A stretch of 64,000 bases of DNA from NCBI GenBank assembly GCA_902490565.1, contig CABUEK010000004.1, positions 18,156 through 82,155 of the forward strand, given 5' to 3'. Positions 34,872 to 43,975 of this stretch are shown here, in pieces. A program made the translations under genes and the position numbers. The number at the start of each line of letters is the position of its first letter. The first letter of the stretch is position 1. Below the pieces are notes generated by a model. It did no database searches. It saw only the letters and a list, made by a program, of their open reading frames with translations, and was not told where the DNA came from. The DNA is from an uncultured Collinsella sp. (lineage in GTDB: Bacteria; Actinomycetota; Coriobacteriia; Coriobacteriales; Coriobacteriaceae).

Positions 34872-36653
34872 TTACTCGTTCAGCAAGCGTACGGCTTCGG
34901 CAGCCATATTCTCGACCGTCATGCCGTTCTGAGCGAGCAGCTCGTTGGGGTCGTAGCGGTCGGGGAAGCCCTTGGCGATGCCGAAGGTGCGCGTGCGCAA
35001 CGGCGTGCATGCCAGGTAGCACGCGACGCGCTCGCCCCAGCCACCGTCCAAGATGCCGTCCTCGAGGGTGACGACAACGCGATGCTCGGCGGCAAGGCTA
35101 TCGAGGAACTCGCGGTCGAGCTCGGTTGCAAAGCGCGGGTTGACGAGCGTGGCCTCGATGCCGTACTCGGCAGCCAAGCGGTTTGCCACGCGCTCGCCCA
35201 GCTCAAAGAAATCGCCAAGCGCGAGCACGGCAACGTCGCGACCCCGGCGCACCACGTTGTAGCGAACGGCGCTGTAGTCGGTGTCTTCGGCGGGCGCCAG
35301 ATCGGGACGGCTCACCAGGCCGATGCCCGGTACGCGAATCGCCGCGGGATGCTCGCGGTGGTCGAGCGACCAGCTCAGCATGGACAGATATTCCTCCATG
35401 CAGGCCGGCGCTAGGTAGCGCATGTTGGGAAGTCCACCCAGCATGGAAATATCAAAGAACGAAAGGTGCGTCTCGGACGTGGTGCCAAAGATTGACGCAC
35501 CAAACACCAAAATGGTTGCCGGGGCGTCGTTGAGGCACAGGTCGTGCCACAGCTCGTCGTAAGCGCGCTGCAAAAACGTGCCGTACACACCAAAGACTGG
35601 CTTGGCGCCCGAGCGCGCAAGCGCGGTGGCAAAGGTCACGGCGTGCTCCTCGGCAATGCCCACATCGACGAACTGTTTGCCGGCGGCAGCGCGAAGCTCG
35701 GGTGTAAAGCCCATGATGTAGGGCGTGGCGGCCGTGATGCCCACGACCTGCGAATCGCGCTCGATGGCGGCGCTGAGCGCCTCGCCCGTAATGTCGGCAT
35801 AGGTGCGCGGCGCAGGCTCGCTCGGATGGCCCGGGCAGAGCTTGCGTCCAGTTGCCATGTCAAACGGACCCACGTGATGCCAGCGTTCGGGGTCGTTCTG
35901 GGCTGGCTCAAAGCCCTTGCCCTTGGCGGTGGAGACGTGCAGCACGATGGGATGATCGATATTGCGCAGTTCCTGCAACGCGTCGACGAGGGCCAACACG
36001 TCGTTACCGGCGTCCAGATAGCGGTAGTCGAGCCCCATCGCGCGGAAAACGTTGCGCTCACAGGTACCGTTGCTGGCTCGCAGCTCGGCCAGATTGCGAT
36101 ACAGGCCGCCATGGTTCTCGGCAATGGACTGGTCGTTATCGTTGACGATGATGATCAGGTTGCTATCGAGTTCGGCGGCATTGTTAAAGCCCTCAAACGC
36201 CAAGCCGCCCGAAAGCGAGCCGTCGCCAATAACGGTGATGACGTTGTACGTATCGCCCGCCAGGTCACGAGCGTGCGCCAGGCCGCAGCCCAGGCTCACC
36301 GACGTGGAGGTATGGCCCATGGCGAACAGGTCGTGCTCGGACTCGTCGGGATTGGCAAAGCCAGAAGCCTCACCATAACGCTCCGGATCGATATAAGTGT
36401 ACGCGCGCCCGGTCAGCGCCTTGTGGGCGTAGGTCTGGTGCGAAACGTCAAAGACAATCTTGTCGATGGGGGAGTTAAATACGCGATGAAGCGCAACCGT
36501 AAGCTCAACGACGCCCAAGTTGGGGGCAACGTGCCCGCCGACGGCGGCGGAGCTTTCGAGGATTGCCTGACGGATCTCGCCGCAGAGCAGCGGAAGCTCG
36601 GCGCGATCGAGAGCCTTGACGTCCTCGGGCGTTGTCGTTTGCGTAAGCAGCAT
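34872..36653 (-). CDS. dxs: 1-deoxy-D-xylulose-5-phosphate synthase (transketolase-like)
   Basis: GGHVAPNLGVVELTVALH, DVSHQTYAHK and GDGSLSGG ThDP motif. Confidence 0.85.
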   Translation of the reverse strand: MLLTQTTTPEDVKALDRAELPLLCGEIRQAILESSAAVGGHVAPNLGVVELTVALHRVFNSPIDKIVFDVSHQTYAHKALTGRAYTYIDPERYGEASGFANPDESEHDLFAMGHTSTSVSLGCGLAHARDLAGDTYNVITVIGDGSLSGGLAFEGFNNAAELDSNLIIIVNDNDQSIAENHGGLYRNLAELRASNGTCERNVFRAMGLDYRYLDAGNDVLALVDALQELRNIDHPIVLHVSTAKGKGFEPAQNDPERWHHVGPFDMATGRKLCPGHPSEPAPRTYADITGEALSAAIERDSQVVGITAATPYIMGFTPELRAAAGKQFVDVGIAEEHAVTFATALARSGAKPVFGVYGTFLQRAYDELWHDLCLNDAPATILVFGASIFGTTSETHLSFFDISMLGGLPNMRYLAPACMEEYLSMLSWSLDHREHPAAIRVPGIGLVSRPDLAPAEDTDYSAVRYNVVRRGRDVAVLALGDFFELGERVANRLAAEYGIEATLVNPRFATELDREFLDSLAAEHRVVVTLEDGILDGGWGERVACYLACTPLRTRTFGIAKGFPDRYDPNELLAQNGMTVENMAAEAVRLLNE

Positions 36654-36881
36654 CGTTGTGGGTTACTCCATGCGAATCGTGCGCCGGCACTCCCTCGGCC
36701 GGCACAATTGCACAAGACAGTCTCGCACATTTTGGCGTTTGATATGTGACGGCGGCGCGGTAATTCGCCAACTGGTGGGGCAAAACGTTTTGTCCGATGC
36801 CATACTGATATGTTCCATGATGTTTTTATCGATTGTGCACAGGCCGTGGCTTGTCGCCGTGAGTCGCTGGAAGGAGGCAGC

Positions 36882-37418
36882 ATGTCCGATGCCGTTCGTG
36901 CCGAAAAAATCGCGCACGAGGTCGACTATGCCGCCCGCCAGCTGGCCCAGGCGGGCCGCTTGGACCTGACGCACGAGTTTATCCAGCATGGCGACGTGAC
37001 GGTCTATGCACATGTGACTTCGGTAGCGCGGGCGAGCCTGTCCTTTGCCGAGCGCTTGGGCCGTGCCGGCATTTCGGTCGACCGTGCTTCGTTGTTGCGC
37101 GGGGCCCTGCTGCACGATTACTTTCTCTATGACTGGCACGATCCCGACCCAAGCCATCGGCTGCATGGCTTTCGCCACCCGTTTTTTGCCCTGGCACGTG
37201 CGGAGGAAGATTTTGAGCTGACGCCGCGCGAACGGAACATTATCGTGCGGCATATGTTTCCGCTGGTGCCAGTGCCGCCGACGTGTCGTGAGGCTTGGAT
37301 TGTATGCCTGGCAGATAAATGGTGCGCTCTGCGCGAGACGGTCGCCGGTCGTCTGCGGCGCAAGGACGAGGCGGACGATGACGTGAGTAAAGCATCGAGC
37401 GAAAAGAGGAGAGGGTAG
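36882..37418 (+). CDS. HD-domain phosphohydrolase
   Basis: AHVTSVA...LLHDYFLYDWHD HD motif. GGAAGGAGG RBS before ATG 36882. Confidence 0.7.
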   Translation: MSDAVRAEKIAHEVDYAARQLAQAGRLDLTHEFIQHGDVTVYAHVTSVARASLSFAERLGRAGISVDRASLLRGALLHDYFLYDWHDPDPSHRLHGFRHPFFALARAEEDFELTPRERNIIVRHMFPLVPVPPTCREAWIVCLADKWCALRETVAGRLRRKDEADDDVSKASSEKRRG

Positions 37419-37421
37419 ACG

Positions 37422-38441
37422 GTGGAAACCGCGATTGATATGGCGTTTGGCGGCGCGACGCTTGCCGCCTGCCCACTCTCGGCACTGGTGCTCTCGTTTG
37501 CCTTTTACGGGTTTTGCGGTTGGGCATGGGAGTCGACAGTATGTGCCATGCTCAATCACGGACGATTTGCCAACAGCGGCTTTTTGCTGGGGCCGTGCTG
37601 CCCAATCTATGGCGCGGGCGGCATTGCCTGCTGGCTGCTGTTGCGCGGGATTCCGGATGCCTCGAGCCAGTTTGTCGCTGCAGCACTCGTATGCAGCGTG
37701 ATTGAGTATAGCGTAGGCGTGCTGTTGGAAAAAACAACGGGCGCTCGCTTTTGGGATTATTCGCACCTGCCGTTTAACCTGCACGGACGTATCTGCCTGT
37801 ACTGGGCCTGCGCGTTTGGCCTGGGTTCGTTGTGCATTTGCCGTTTGGTGGAGCCGGCATTGCTGGGACTGCTTGGCCATCTGCCGGTGCTGATTGTGCG
37901 GCTGTCCGCCTTTATCGTCGCGGTCGCGATGATGGTCGACGCGGCATGCTCGTTGGCGAGCTGGCGGCGTCTGTCCGATCAGCTGGAGCGCGTGCGCGCC
38001 GACCTTGCCGACCGCATCAACGAGTCGCTTGCCGATGCCTCGGACTCAATGCTCGAGCGCATTCCCGATTCGGCAATCGACTCGGTGGCACAGACGCATA
38101 TCCGCAGCCGTGCCGTTAACGCGTGGCTGGCCGAGCTGGGCGACGCGACACTCGATGCCCTTCGTGAGAAGGCTTCGATGCCGACATTTATCTCGGATGG
38201 TGCTCGCGGCCTGGCACTTGCCGCCCGCCGCGTGGCCGATGCCGCGCCGAGCATGCCGCGTCCGTCGCTCAGTCGCCGCCTTGCCGGCAAGCGCATGAGC
38301 CGTCCGGTGCCAAGCGTGTCGCTCAGCCGACGCGACCTGCGCTTCTTCAATGCCTTCCCGCGCTTGCGCATCAACCGCTACGAAGGTGTCATTCGAGCAA
38401 CTAATCTCCGCGACCGCGCCCACGAGCTGTTTCGGCGCTAG
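37422..38441 (+). CDS. membrane protein with CmpB/DUF1113-like N-terminal domain and a long cytoplasmic tail
   Basis: FYGFCGWAWES...GPCCPIYGAGG motif region, then an Arg/Ala-rich tail. Confidence 0.55.
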   Translation: METAIDMAFGGATLAACPLSALVLSFAFYGFCGWAWESTVCAMLNHGRFANSGFLLGPCCPIYGAGGIACWLLLRGIPDASSQFVAAALVCSVIEYSVGVLLEKTTGARFWDYSHLPFNLHGRICLYWACAFGLGSLCICRLVEPALLGLLGHLPVLIVRLSAFIVAVAMMVDAACSLASWRRLSDQLERVRADLADRINESLADASDSMLERIPDSAIDSVAQTHIRSRAVNAWLAELGDATLDALREKASMPTFISDGARGLALAARRVADAAPSMPRPSLSRRLAGKRMSRPVPSVSLSRRDLRFFNAFPRLRINRYEGVIRATNLRDRAHELFRR

Positions 38442-38486
38442 CCGGGACGGGCACGCTCACGGCTCCCTTGCTCGCGTATTTCCCGT

Positions 38487-38556
38487 CCGTTTCGCGTCCG
38501 TTGCCGTGCCGTTTCTAAGATTGCGGCACCGTTTCCATTCGACAACGCAGCGTTTA
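38487..38556 (-). promoter_or_regulatory. helically phased GAAAC/GCAAC boxes upstream of amtB (GlnR-box-like)
   Basis: CCGTTTC at 38487, 38509 and 38529; CCGTTGC at 38498; GCGTTTA at 38550. The opposite strand reads GAAAC-n6-GCAAC-n6-GAAAC. Confidence 0.4.
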
Positions 38557-38639
38557 ACAACGCCGTATCTGGTCTACACCAGTTGCCCCTCGGCCGCATT
38601 ATGGGCGCCGACAACGTTCATGCGATCAAGGGGGAGCGA

Positions 38640-39917
38640 ATGTACGATACGGGATCGACAACGTTTATGCTCATCTGCACCATGCTCGTGTTTTTAATGA
38701 CACCGGGTCTGGCGTTTTTCTATGGCGGCCTGTCCAGGCGCAAAAATGTCATCAACACCATGCTCATGTGCTTTGGCGCCATTGGCCTGGTTGGTGTGCT
38801 GTGGATTGTTGCCGGCTGGTCGCTGGCTTACGGCGGCGACGGTTCCAGCCCGTTTATTGGAGGCCTTGACCAGCTGCTGTGCCTGCCGGTGCTCGGTCAG
38901 GTGCTGCAGGCGGCCGAGGGCACCGCGTCGGACGGCGCCGTCTACCCGGAGATTATCAACATCGCCTTTCAGATGGCATTTGCCATGATCACTGCTGCTA
39001 TCGTCACGGGCAGCCTGGCCGGCCGCGTTAAGTTTGGTGCCATGACGGCCTTCCTGGGCATTTGGCTGCTCATGGTCTATGCGCCGCTTGCCCACATGGT
39101 TTGGGGCGGCGATGGCTCCTTTATCGGTGACATTATCGGCGCACTCGACTTTGCCGGCGGCGACGTGGTGCACATTTCGTCCGGTCTTACGGGCCTGATC
39201 CTCTGCTTAATGCTCGGCCGTCGTCGCGGCTTTGGCATGGTGAGCTATCGTCCGCATAACGTGCCGTTTGTGGCGCTGGGCGCCGGGCTGCTTTGGTTTG
39301 GCTGGTTTGGATTTAACGGCGGCAGCGAGTTCAAGGCCAATGCCGTGGCGGCGCTTGCCATCCTCAACACCGTGACGGCCAGCGCGGCGGGCATGGTCTC
39401 GTGGCTTGCCGTCGAGCGCGTGTACACTGGTCGCCCCACGCTGGTGGGCGCCAGCACCGGTCTGGTTGCGGGCCTTGTGGTGGTCACGCCCGGCGCGGGC
39501 TTTGTCGAGCCGTGGGCAGCGCTGGTTATGGGCCTGATCGTATCGCCCGTCTGCTACCTGGCTATCAGCCATCTTAAGACCAAGTTTGGCTACGACGATG
39601 CGCTCGACGCGTTTGGTTGCCACGGCATCGGCGGCATCTTGGGCGGCGTGCTCACGGGCCTGTTCTGCGTGCCGGAGCTTTCGTGGACCGGTAAGGGTGG
39701 CCTGTTCTACACGGGCGATGTGTCGCTGCTGGTCTCGCAGATCTTGGGCATTGTGGTGACGGTCGCTATTGTGCTGGTGCTCGATTTGGTGATCGCCGCG
39801 GTGGTCAAGGCGCTATTCCACGGCAGCCTGCGCGTGGACGAGGCCGACGAGGCGCTGGGCCTGGATGCGAGTCAGCACGGCGAGAGCGCATACCCTTCGT
39901 TCTCCGGACTCGATTAG
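38640..39917 (+). CDS. amtB: ammonium transporter
   Basis: TGSTTFMLICTMLVFLMTPGLAFFYGG and DFAGGDVVHISSG motifs. GGGGGAG RBS. Confidence 0.9.
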   Translation: MYDTGSTTFMLICTMLVFLMTPGLAFFYGGLSRRKNVINTMLMCFGAIGLVGVLWIVAGWSLAYGGDGSSPFIGGLDQLLCLPVLGQVLQAAEGTASDGAVYPEIINIAFQMAFAMITAAIVTGSLAGRVKFGAMTAFLGIWLLMVYAPLAHMVWGGDGSFIGDIIGALDFAGGDVVHISSGLTGLILCLMLGRRRGFGMVSYRPHNVPFVALGAGLLWFGWFGFNGGSEFKANAVAALAILNTVTASAAGMVSWLAVERVYTGRPTLVGASTGLVAGLVVVTPGAGFVEPWAALVMGLIVSPVCYLAISHLKTKFGYDDALDAFGCHGIGGILGGVLTGLFCVPELSWTGKGGLFYTGDVSLLVSQILGIVVTVAIVLVLDLVIAAVVKALFHGSLRVDEADEALGLDASQHGESAYPSFSGLD

Positions 39918-39924
39918 CAGCTTC

Positions 39925-40011
39925 CCCAAGCACCGCACCTTGCCGTTCAATCGTCGCTCACGTACTTAAGTACGCTTCGCTCCTCTTTCACGGCAATCTG
40001 CGGCACTTGGG
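39925..40011. repeat. family-B-like nested palindrome between amtB and glnK
   Basis: Outer stem CCCAAGCACCGCACCTTGCCG / CGGCAATCTGCGGCACTTGGG (17/21). Inner palindrome CGTACTTAAGTACG preceded by TCGCTC. Confidence 0.5.
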
Positions 40012-40129
40012 AAACCTGCTAAGACCAGTCAGTTGAACTTTTTGATCTCTGAGGTTGGTTCGCGGCACCTGGAAAACCTGTGCCATGTGAAGGACAATCA
40101 ATTTCTTTTTTTGAAGAGAGGAATTCACT

Positions 40130-40468
40130 ATGAAGAAGATTACGGCGATCGTTCGTGCCGAAAAGCTTGAGGTTCTTAAAGACGCGCTGTTTGCTGCTGA
40201 TGTTCGCGGTATGACTATCAACCAAGTGCAGGGCTGCGGCGCGCAGCATGGCTGGAAGGAATACGTGCGCGGCAACGAGTTGCTTGTCAACACGATCCCT
40301 AAGGTGCAGTTCACCCTCATCTGCGCCGATGAACATGTCGATGGCATTGTTGACATCATCTGCAACGCTGCTCGCACCGGTGCCGTTGGAGACGGCAAGA
40401 TTTGGGTCGAGCCGATCGAGGAGGTTATCCGCATCCGTACCGGCGAACACGGCCCCGCCGCGGTGTAG
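40130..40468 (+). CDS. glnK: nitrogen regulatory protein P-II
   Basis: MKKITAIVRAEKLEVLKDAL...GDGKIWV typical P-II, directly downstream of amtB. Confidence 0.9.
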   Translation: MKKITAIVRAEKLEVLKDALFAADVRGMTINQVQGCGAQHGWKEYVRGNELLVNTIPKVQFTLICADEHVDGIVDIICNAARTGAVGDGKIWVEPIEEVIRIRTGEHGPAAV

Positions 40469-40481
40469 AATCGACCGCCTG

Positions 40482-40535
40482 CCATCCGCAACGTTAAAAT
40501 GCTGCAATGAGGCACAAGACTTGCGTTGCGGATGG
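40482..40535 (+). other. 12-bp perfect-stem hairpin between glnK and the TetR gene
   Basis: CCATCCGCAACG ... CGTTGCGGATGG with a 30-nt loop, ending 7 nt before ATG 40543. Confidence 0.5.
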
Positions 40536-40542
40536 ACGGATT

Positions 40543-41205
40543 ATGGGTCGTAATAAATATCCCGAGGAGACGGTCGCGAAGATTCTCGACGCGGCGCTGG
40601 AGCTATTCTGCGCACAGGGTTATGAGGGGACGAGCATTCAAGACATTGTCGACCGCCTCGATGGCATGACCAAGGGTGCTGTCTATCATCACTTTAAGAG
40701 CAAAGAGGAGATTTTCAACGCCGCATTTGATCGGGCAATGGCTCCGATTGTTGAGCACCGTCGCTCAATGCTTGGTATCGGCAATATGACCGGAGCCCAA
40801 AAGCTCAAGCGACTGTACGCGCCCGAGTCTGTCGTTCCACAAATTGAGCTATGGACACGCATGCACCCTGCAGCGGATCCGGTAAAAAGCTCGCGTCTAC
40901 TGGCGATGCAGTACCAGGGCTCGTTTGACGAGTCGGCCGATGGCTGTCTCTTGCCAGTGATCGAGGAGGGCATCGCCGACGGCTCCATTGCGTGCGAATG
41001 CCCGCACGAAGCGGCGGAGGCCGTATCGTTGTTGGCGAATCTTTGGCTGCTGCCATTGTTCCGTCCGCTCGAGTCCAAGGAGCGAATGCTCGCTCGCGCA
41101 CAATGTTTGGCGCAGATGGCGGCCGCGGTGGGGCTCGATTTGGGTAATGAAGTGCTTCAGACAACGGCGCAGATTTGGGACGTATGGGACCGCGCCGGGT
41201 GGTAA
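40543..41205 (+). CDS. TetR/AcrR family transcriptional regulator
   Basis: ILDAALELFCAQGYEGTSIQDIVDRLDGMTKGAVYHHFKSKEEI HTH region. Confidence 0.85.
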   Translation: MGRNKYPEETVAKILDAALELFCAQGYEGTSIQDIVDRLDGMTKGAVYHHFKSKEEIFNAAFDRAMAPIVEHRRSMLGIGNMTGAQKLKRLYAPESVVPQIELWTRMHPAADPVKSSRLLAMQYQGSFDESADGCLLPVIEEGIADGSIACECPHEAAEAVSLLANLWLLPLFRPLESKERMLARAQCLAQMAAAVGLDLGNEVLQTTAQIWDVWDRAGW

Positions 41206-41210
41206 TATAG

Positions 41211-41292
41211 ATACCAACGGTATGTAATTGATTTATGAGGGTAGCTACGGCTGCCCTTTTCAAGTCATTAAATACATACTAACGGTATGTAT
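41211..41292. promoter_or_regulatory. two palindromic candidate TetR operators sharing AACGGTATGTA
   Basis: ATACC-AAC-GGTAT at 41211-41223 and ATACATAC-TAACG-GTATGTAT at 41272-41292, overlapping the MFS gene RBS/start. Confidence 0.5.
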
Positions 41293-41304
41293 AGGGGTGG
41301 GCTT

Positions 41305-42567
41305 ATGGCTGGAATGCGGAGGAGTGGCGTCTCGTTGACGCAAAAAACAGTACGATCTATCAGACTTTTTGGCCTTCTTGTTGCGCAGCTGTGCACGTAT
41401 TCGATGCTGTCGGCGCTGTGCTTTGCGTATCCGCTTTACTTGTTCGATTGCAGCGGCTCGTCAACGTTATATGGCGCTGTCGCGGCGATAGCGTTCATAC
41501 CAGGTGTGCTCGCGACTCCGGTTGGCGGGATCTTGGCGGATCGGGGAAGACAGCGCGAGGTCCTCGTGGCCCTCGGTATTGCTCTGATGACTGCATCGCT
41601 GCTGTCTATCCCCATGAAGCGCTCATTGCCTCTTGCGGTCGTCGTAGTAGCGATACTTTGTGTTCAATACGGTGTTCAATCGCTGCTAAAGCCAATGCTC
41701 CAAATTGAGACGGTGCGCATGGCGGGTGAAGGGAAGGTTGAGCGGGCCACTGCATTGGTTTCGCAGTCGACCATGGTGAGCAATATCTTGGGCCCTGTGG
41801 TCGGTACGGCAGTCTATGGGTGCTTTGGCATCGATACTCTTTGCGCAACCGCGTCGGTGACGTTTGCGATTTCAGCCCTGCTGTTTGGGGGTGCACTCAG
41901 GCAAAATGCCTCATCTGAAACGATGGGAGACGGCGCGACTCGTACGACATGCCGAAACGATTTTAGGGAGTCGATTCGGTATCTGTTGCAAAATGCATCA
42001 TTGGTCGCTGTGATTTTGCTTGCGGCAGTTTTGAACCTTGCGTTGGTTGGGCTAACGATTGGCGCTCCTATTATTGTTACAAAGCATCTCGGCATGCAGT
42101 CATCCTTTGTTGGGATTATTGAGGTGGCTATGGGCTTAGGTGGTCTTGTCGGCAGTGGTTTGGTCGGTATTTGGCCGCATCGTTTTTCCTTCAAGGGCAT
42201 ATGTCGATATGTTGCGATGATCTGTTTAGGAGTCGTACCGATTATTGTCACGCTACTGAGCGGTCCTGATGAATTTGCGTTTGTCGCGCTTGCGGCCGGC
42301 TCGGCATGGGTCATGGCGTGGGCAAGCATTGCATCGGTCGAAATCGTTTCATTTGTTCAGCGGTCAGCGCCAAAGGAACTCTGCGGAAAAGTGCTGGCAC
42401 TCGTTTATATGATGCTTTCCTGTGCAACGCCTATTGGCCAATTGGTTTACGGGCTCGCATATGATCGATGGGCACCGGCGATTGTATTCGCAGACATGTT
42501 GGGGGTGCTGACGTTGATGACGGCGCTGTTTTATCGGCTGAAAAGTCGCTTGTGGCGATTGTCTTAA
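41305..42567 (+). CDS. MFS transporter
   Basis: About 12 hydrophobic segments and a GGILADRGRQRE loop motif. Alternative start 41287. Confidence 0.8.
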   Translation: MAGMRRSGVSLTQKTVRSIRLFGLLVAQLCTYSMLSALCFAYPLYLFDCSGSSTLYGAVAAIAFIPGVLATPVGGILADRGRQREVLVALGIALMTASLLSIPMKRSLPLAVVVVAILCVQYGVQSLLKPMLQIETVRMAGEGKVERATALVSQSTMVSNILGPVVGTAVYGCFGIDTLCATASVTFAISALLFGGALRQNASSETMGDGATRTTCRNDFRESIRYLLQNASLVAVILLAAVLNLALVGLTIGAPIIVTKHLGMQSSFVGIIEVAMGLGGLVGSGLVGIWPHRFSFKGICRYVAMICLGVVPIIVTLLSGPDEFAFVALAAGSAWVMAWASIASVEIVSFVQRSAPKELCGKVLALVYMMLSCATPIGQLVYGLAYDRWAPAIVFADMLGVLTLMTALFYRLKSRLWRLS

Positions 42568-42628
42568 CGCGTTGGGGCACCATGAATTCGTGGAGGCAGT
42601 GGCACGCCGCGCCGGGACGGCATTGTTT

Positions 42629-42682
42629 GGGCACGCCCCTCCTTCGTCTACAATATCGTGCAGACGAAGGAGGGGCGTGCCC
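42629..42682 (+). promoter_or_regulatory. 20-bp perfect hairpin sequestering the RBS of the HAD hydrolase gene
   Basis: GGGCACGCCCCTCCTTCGTC / GACGAAGGAGGGGCGTGCCC. The 3' arm contains GAAGGAGG and ends 1 nt before ATG 42683. Confidence 0.65.
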
Positions 42683-43540
42683 ATGATCAAGATGTTTGCG
42701 AGCGACTTAGACGGAACGCTGCTGAACGCCCTGCACGAGGCAGATGGGACCATCCGCCGCGCCATTCGCGAGCTGACCGAGGCTGGCTTGCATGTGGTTC
42801 CCGCGACCGGGCGCTCGACGTTGCCAATCGGCGAGCATGGCTTTACGGGGCTGGCGCTCGATGCCTGCTGCTCTAACGGCTCCATCGTGCGCGACAGTCA
42901 TGGCGAGGTGCTTAAAACCTGGACCATCGATCCGCAGATTACCGAGGAGCTGCTCAAGGCGTTCCCGGACATTTGCTTTGATTGCTCCACGCCCGATGGC
43001 ATGTACTCGAGCGGTTCGTTCGAGATGCATCAGGCGGGCTTTAAAAAGGATAGCCCCATCAAGCGTATTGTGATGCGCGGCATGCGTGCACGTGGCGGGT
43101 ATCACGAGGAGCAGTATTTCGACCAGTCGATCGGCGATATCTTGCGTCACGATGTATGCAAGATCAATTGTCGCGTGACCTCGCCCGAGCTGGAGCGTGA
43201 CCTTAAGGCTTATCTTGCCGAGCGTTCGGACCGCGTGGTCAACGCGCCGTTCGATCCGGTGATGTTCGAGATCACGGACGTGGCGTGCAACAAGGGCGAG
43301 AGCGTGGCCTGGCTGGCGGGCTACTACGGTATTGCCGAGGACGAGGTCGCGGTTTACGGCGACGGCGGCAACGACATCGCCATGCTCAAGCGCTTCCGTC
43401 ACAGCTACGCGACCAAAAACGGCAGCGATGCCGCCAAGGCCGCTGCGAGTGCAACTATCGGCAGCTGCATGGTCCACGCCGTCCCCAAACACATGCTCGC
43501 CACCATGCGCAAGCAAAACTCCCGCACCATCATCGAATAA
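42683..43540 (+). CDS. Cof-type HAD-IIB family hydrolase
   Basis: FASDLDGTLLN motif I and YGDGGNDIAML motif IV. Confidence 0.85.
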   Translation: MIKMFASDLDGTLLNALHEADGTIRRAIRELTEAGLHVVPATGRSTLPIGEHGFTGLALDACCSNGSIVRDSHGEVLKTWTIDPQITEELLKAFPDICFDCSTPDGMYSSGSFEMHQAGFKKDSPIKRIVMRGMRARGGYHEEQYFDQSIGDILRHDVCKINCRVTSPELERDLKAYLAERSDRVVNAPFDPVMFEITDVACNKGESVAWLAGYYGIAEDEVAVYGDGGNDIAMLKRFRHSYATKNGSDAAKAAASATIGSCMVHAVPKHMLATMRKQNSRTIIE

Positions 43541-43541
43541 T

Positions 43542-43568
43542 GTGACAAAGGGACAGCCCCTTTGTCAC
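43542..43568. repeat. GGACAG-loop hairpin (D-type copy 1)
   Basis: GTGACAAAGGGACAGCCCCTTTGTCAC, 1 nt after the HAD stop. Confidence 0.6.
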
Positions 43569-43694
43569 GGGGGTCTGTGTGCTTGGAATACGAACATATA
43601 TTCGTATATATAACTAGGCTCTGGTAGAATCGGTATCGTTGACGGCAGTTCCATGTGCCGGGCAACGCCCTCCATCTGATGGGAGGTGATGCCC

Positions 43695-43820
43695 ATGACC
43701 GATCTGATTGATTTTGTGAGACTTCTGACCGCTTTGGTCTCGTTCTTCACAGCGCTCGTCGGGCTTTCCGAGGCACTCAAGCAACGTTCGAAGCAACGTA
43801 AAAGGGGTCGCCGCCGCTAA
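43695..43820 (+). CDS. 41-aa hydrophobic peptide with poly-basic C-terminus (type I toxin-like), not in the ORF track
   Basis: GGGAGG RBS 8 nt before the ATG. MTDLIDFVRLLTALVSFFTALVGLSEALKQRSKQRKRGRRR. Hairpin AAGGGGTC..GACCCCTT over the stop. Confidence 0.45.
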   Translation: MTDLIDFVRLLTALVSFFTALVGLSEALKQRSKQRKRGRRR

Positions 43821-43975
43821 GGCGTTGACCCCTTAATCCAAGCAACGGCACTGCCCAGCTTTCCAGAACTTGGGCTGCCGTCGAAACTATTCTACCCACG
43901 AATGACATTTTGGACAATCGGTAATGCCGCTCTAAAAGCCTGGCACAACCGGCACAACCTAGGCGGTCGCTGGAT

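Noticed and set aside
40482-40535. 12-bp hairpin after glnK considered as a member of the repeat families.
   Set aside because: Its sequence shares no linker or loop motif with families A, B or the GGGACAGG group. It is kept only as a plain structural feature.
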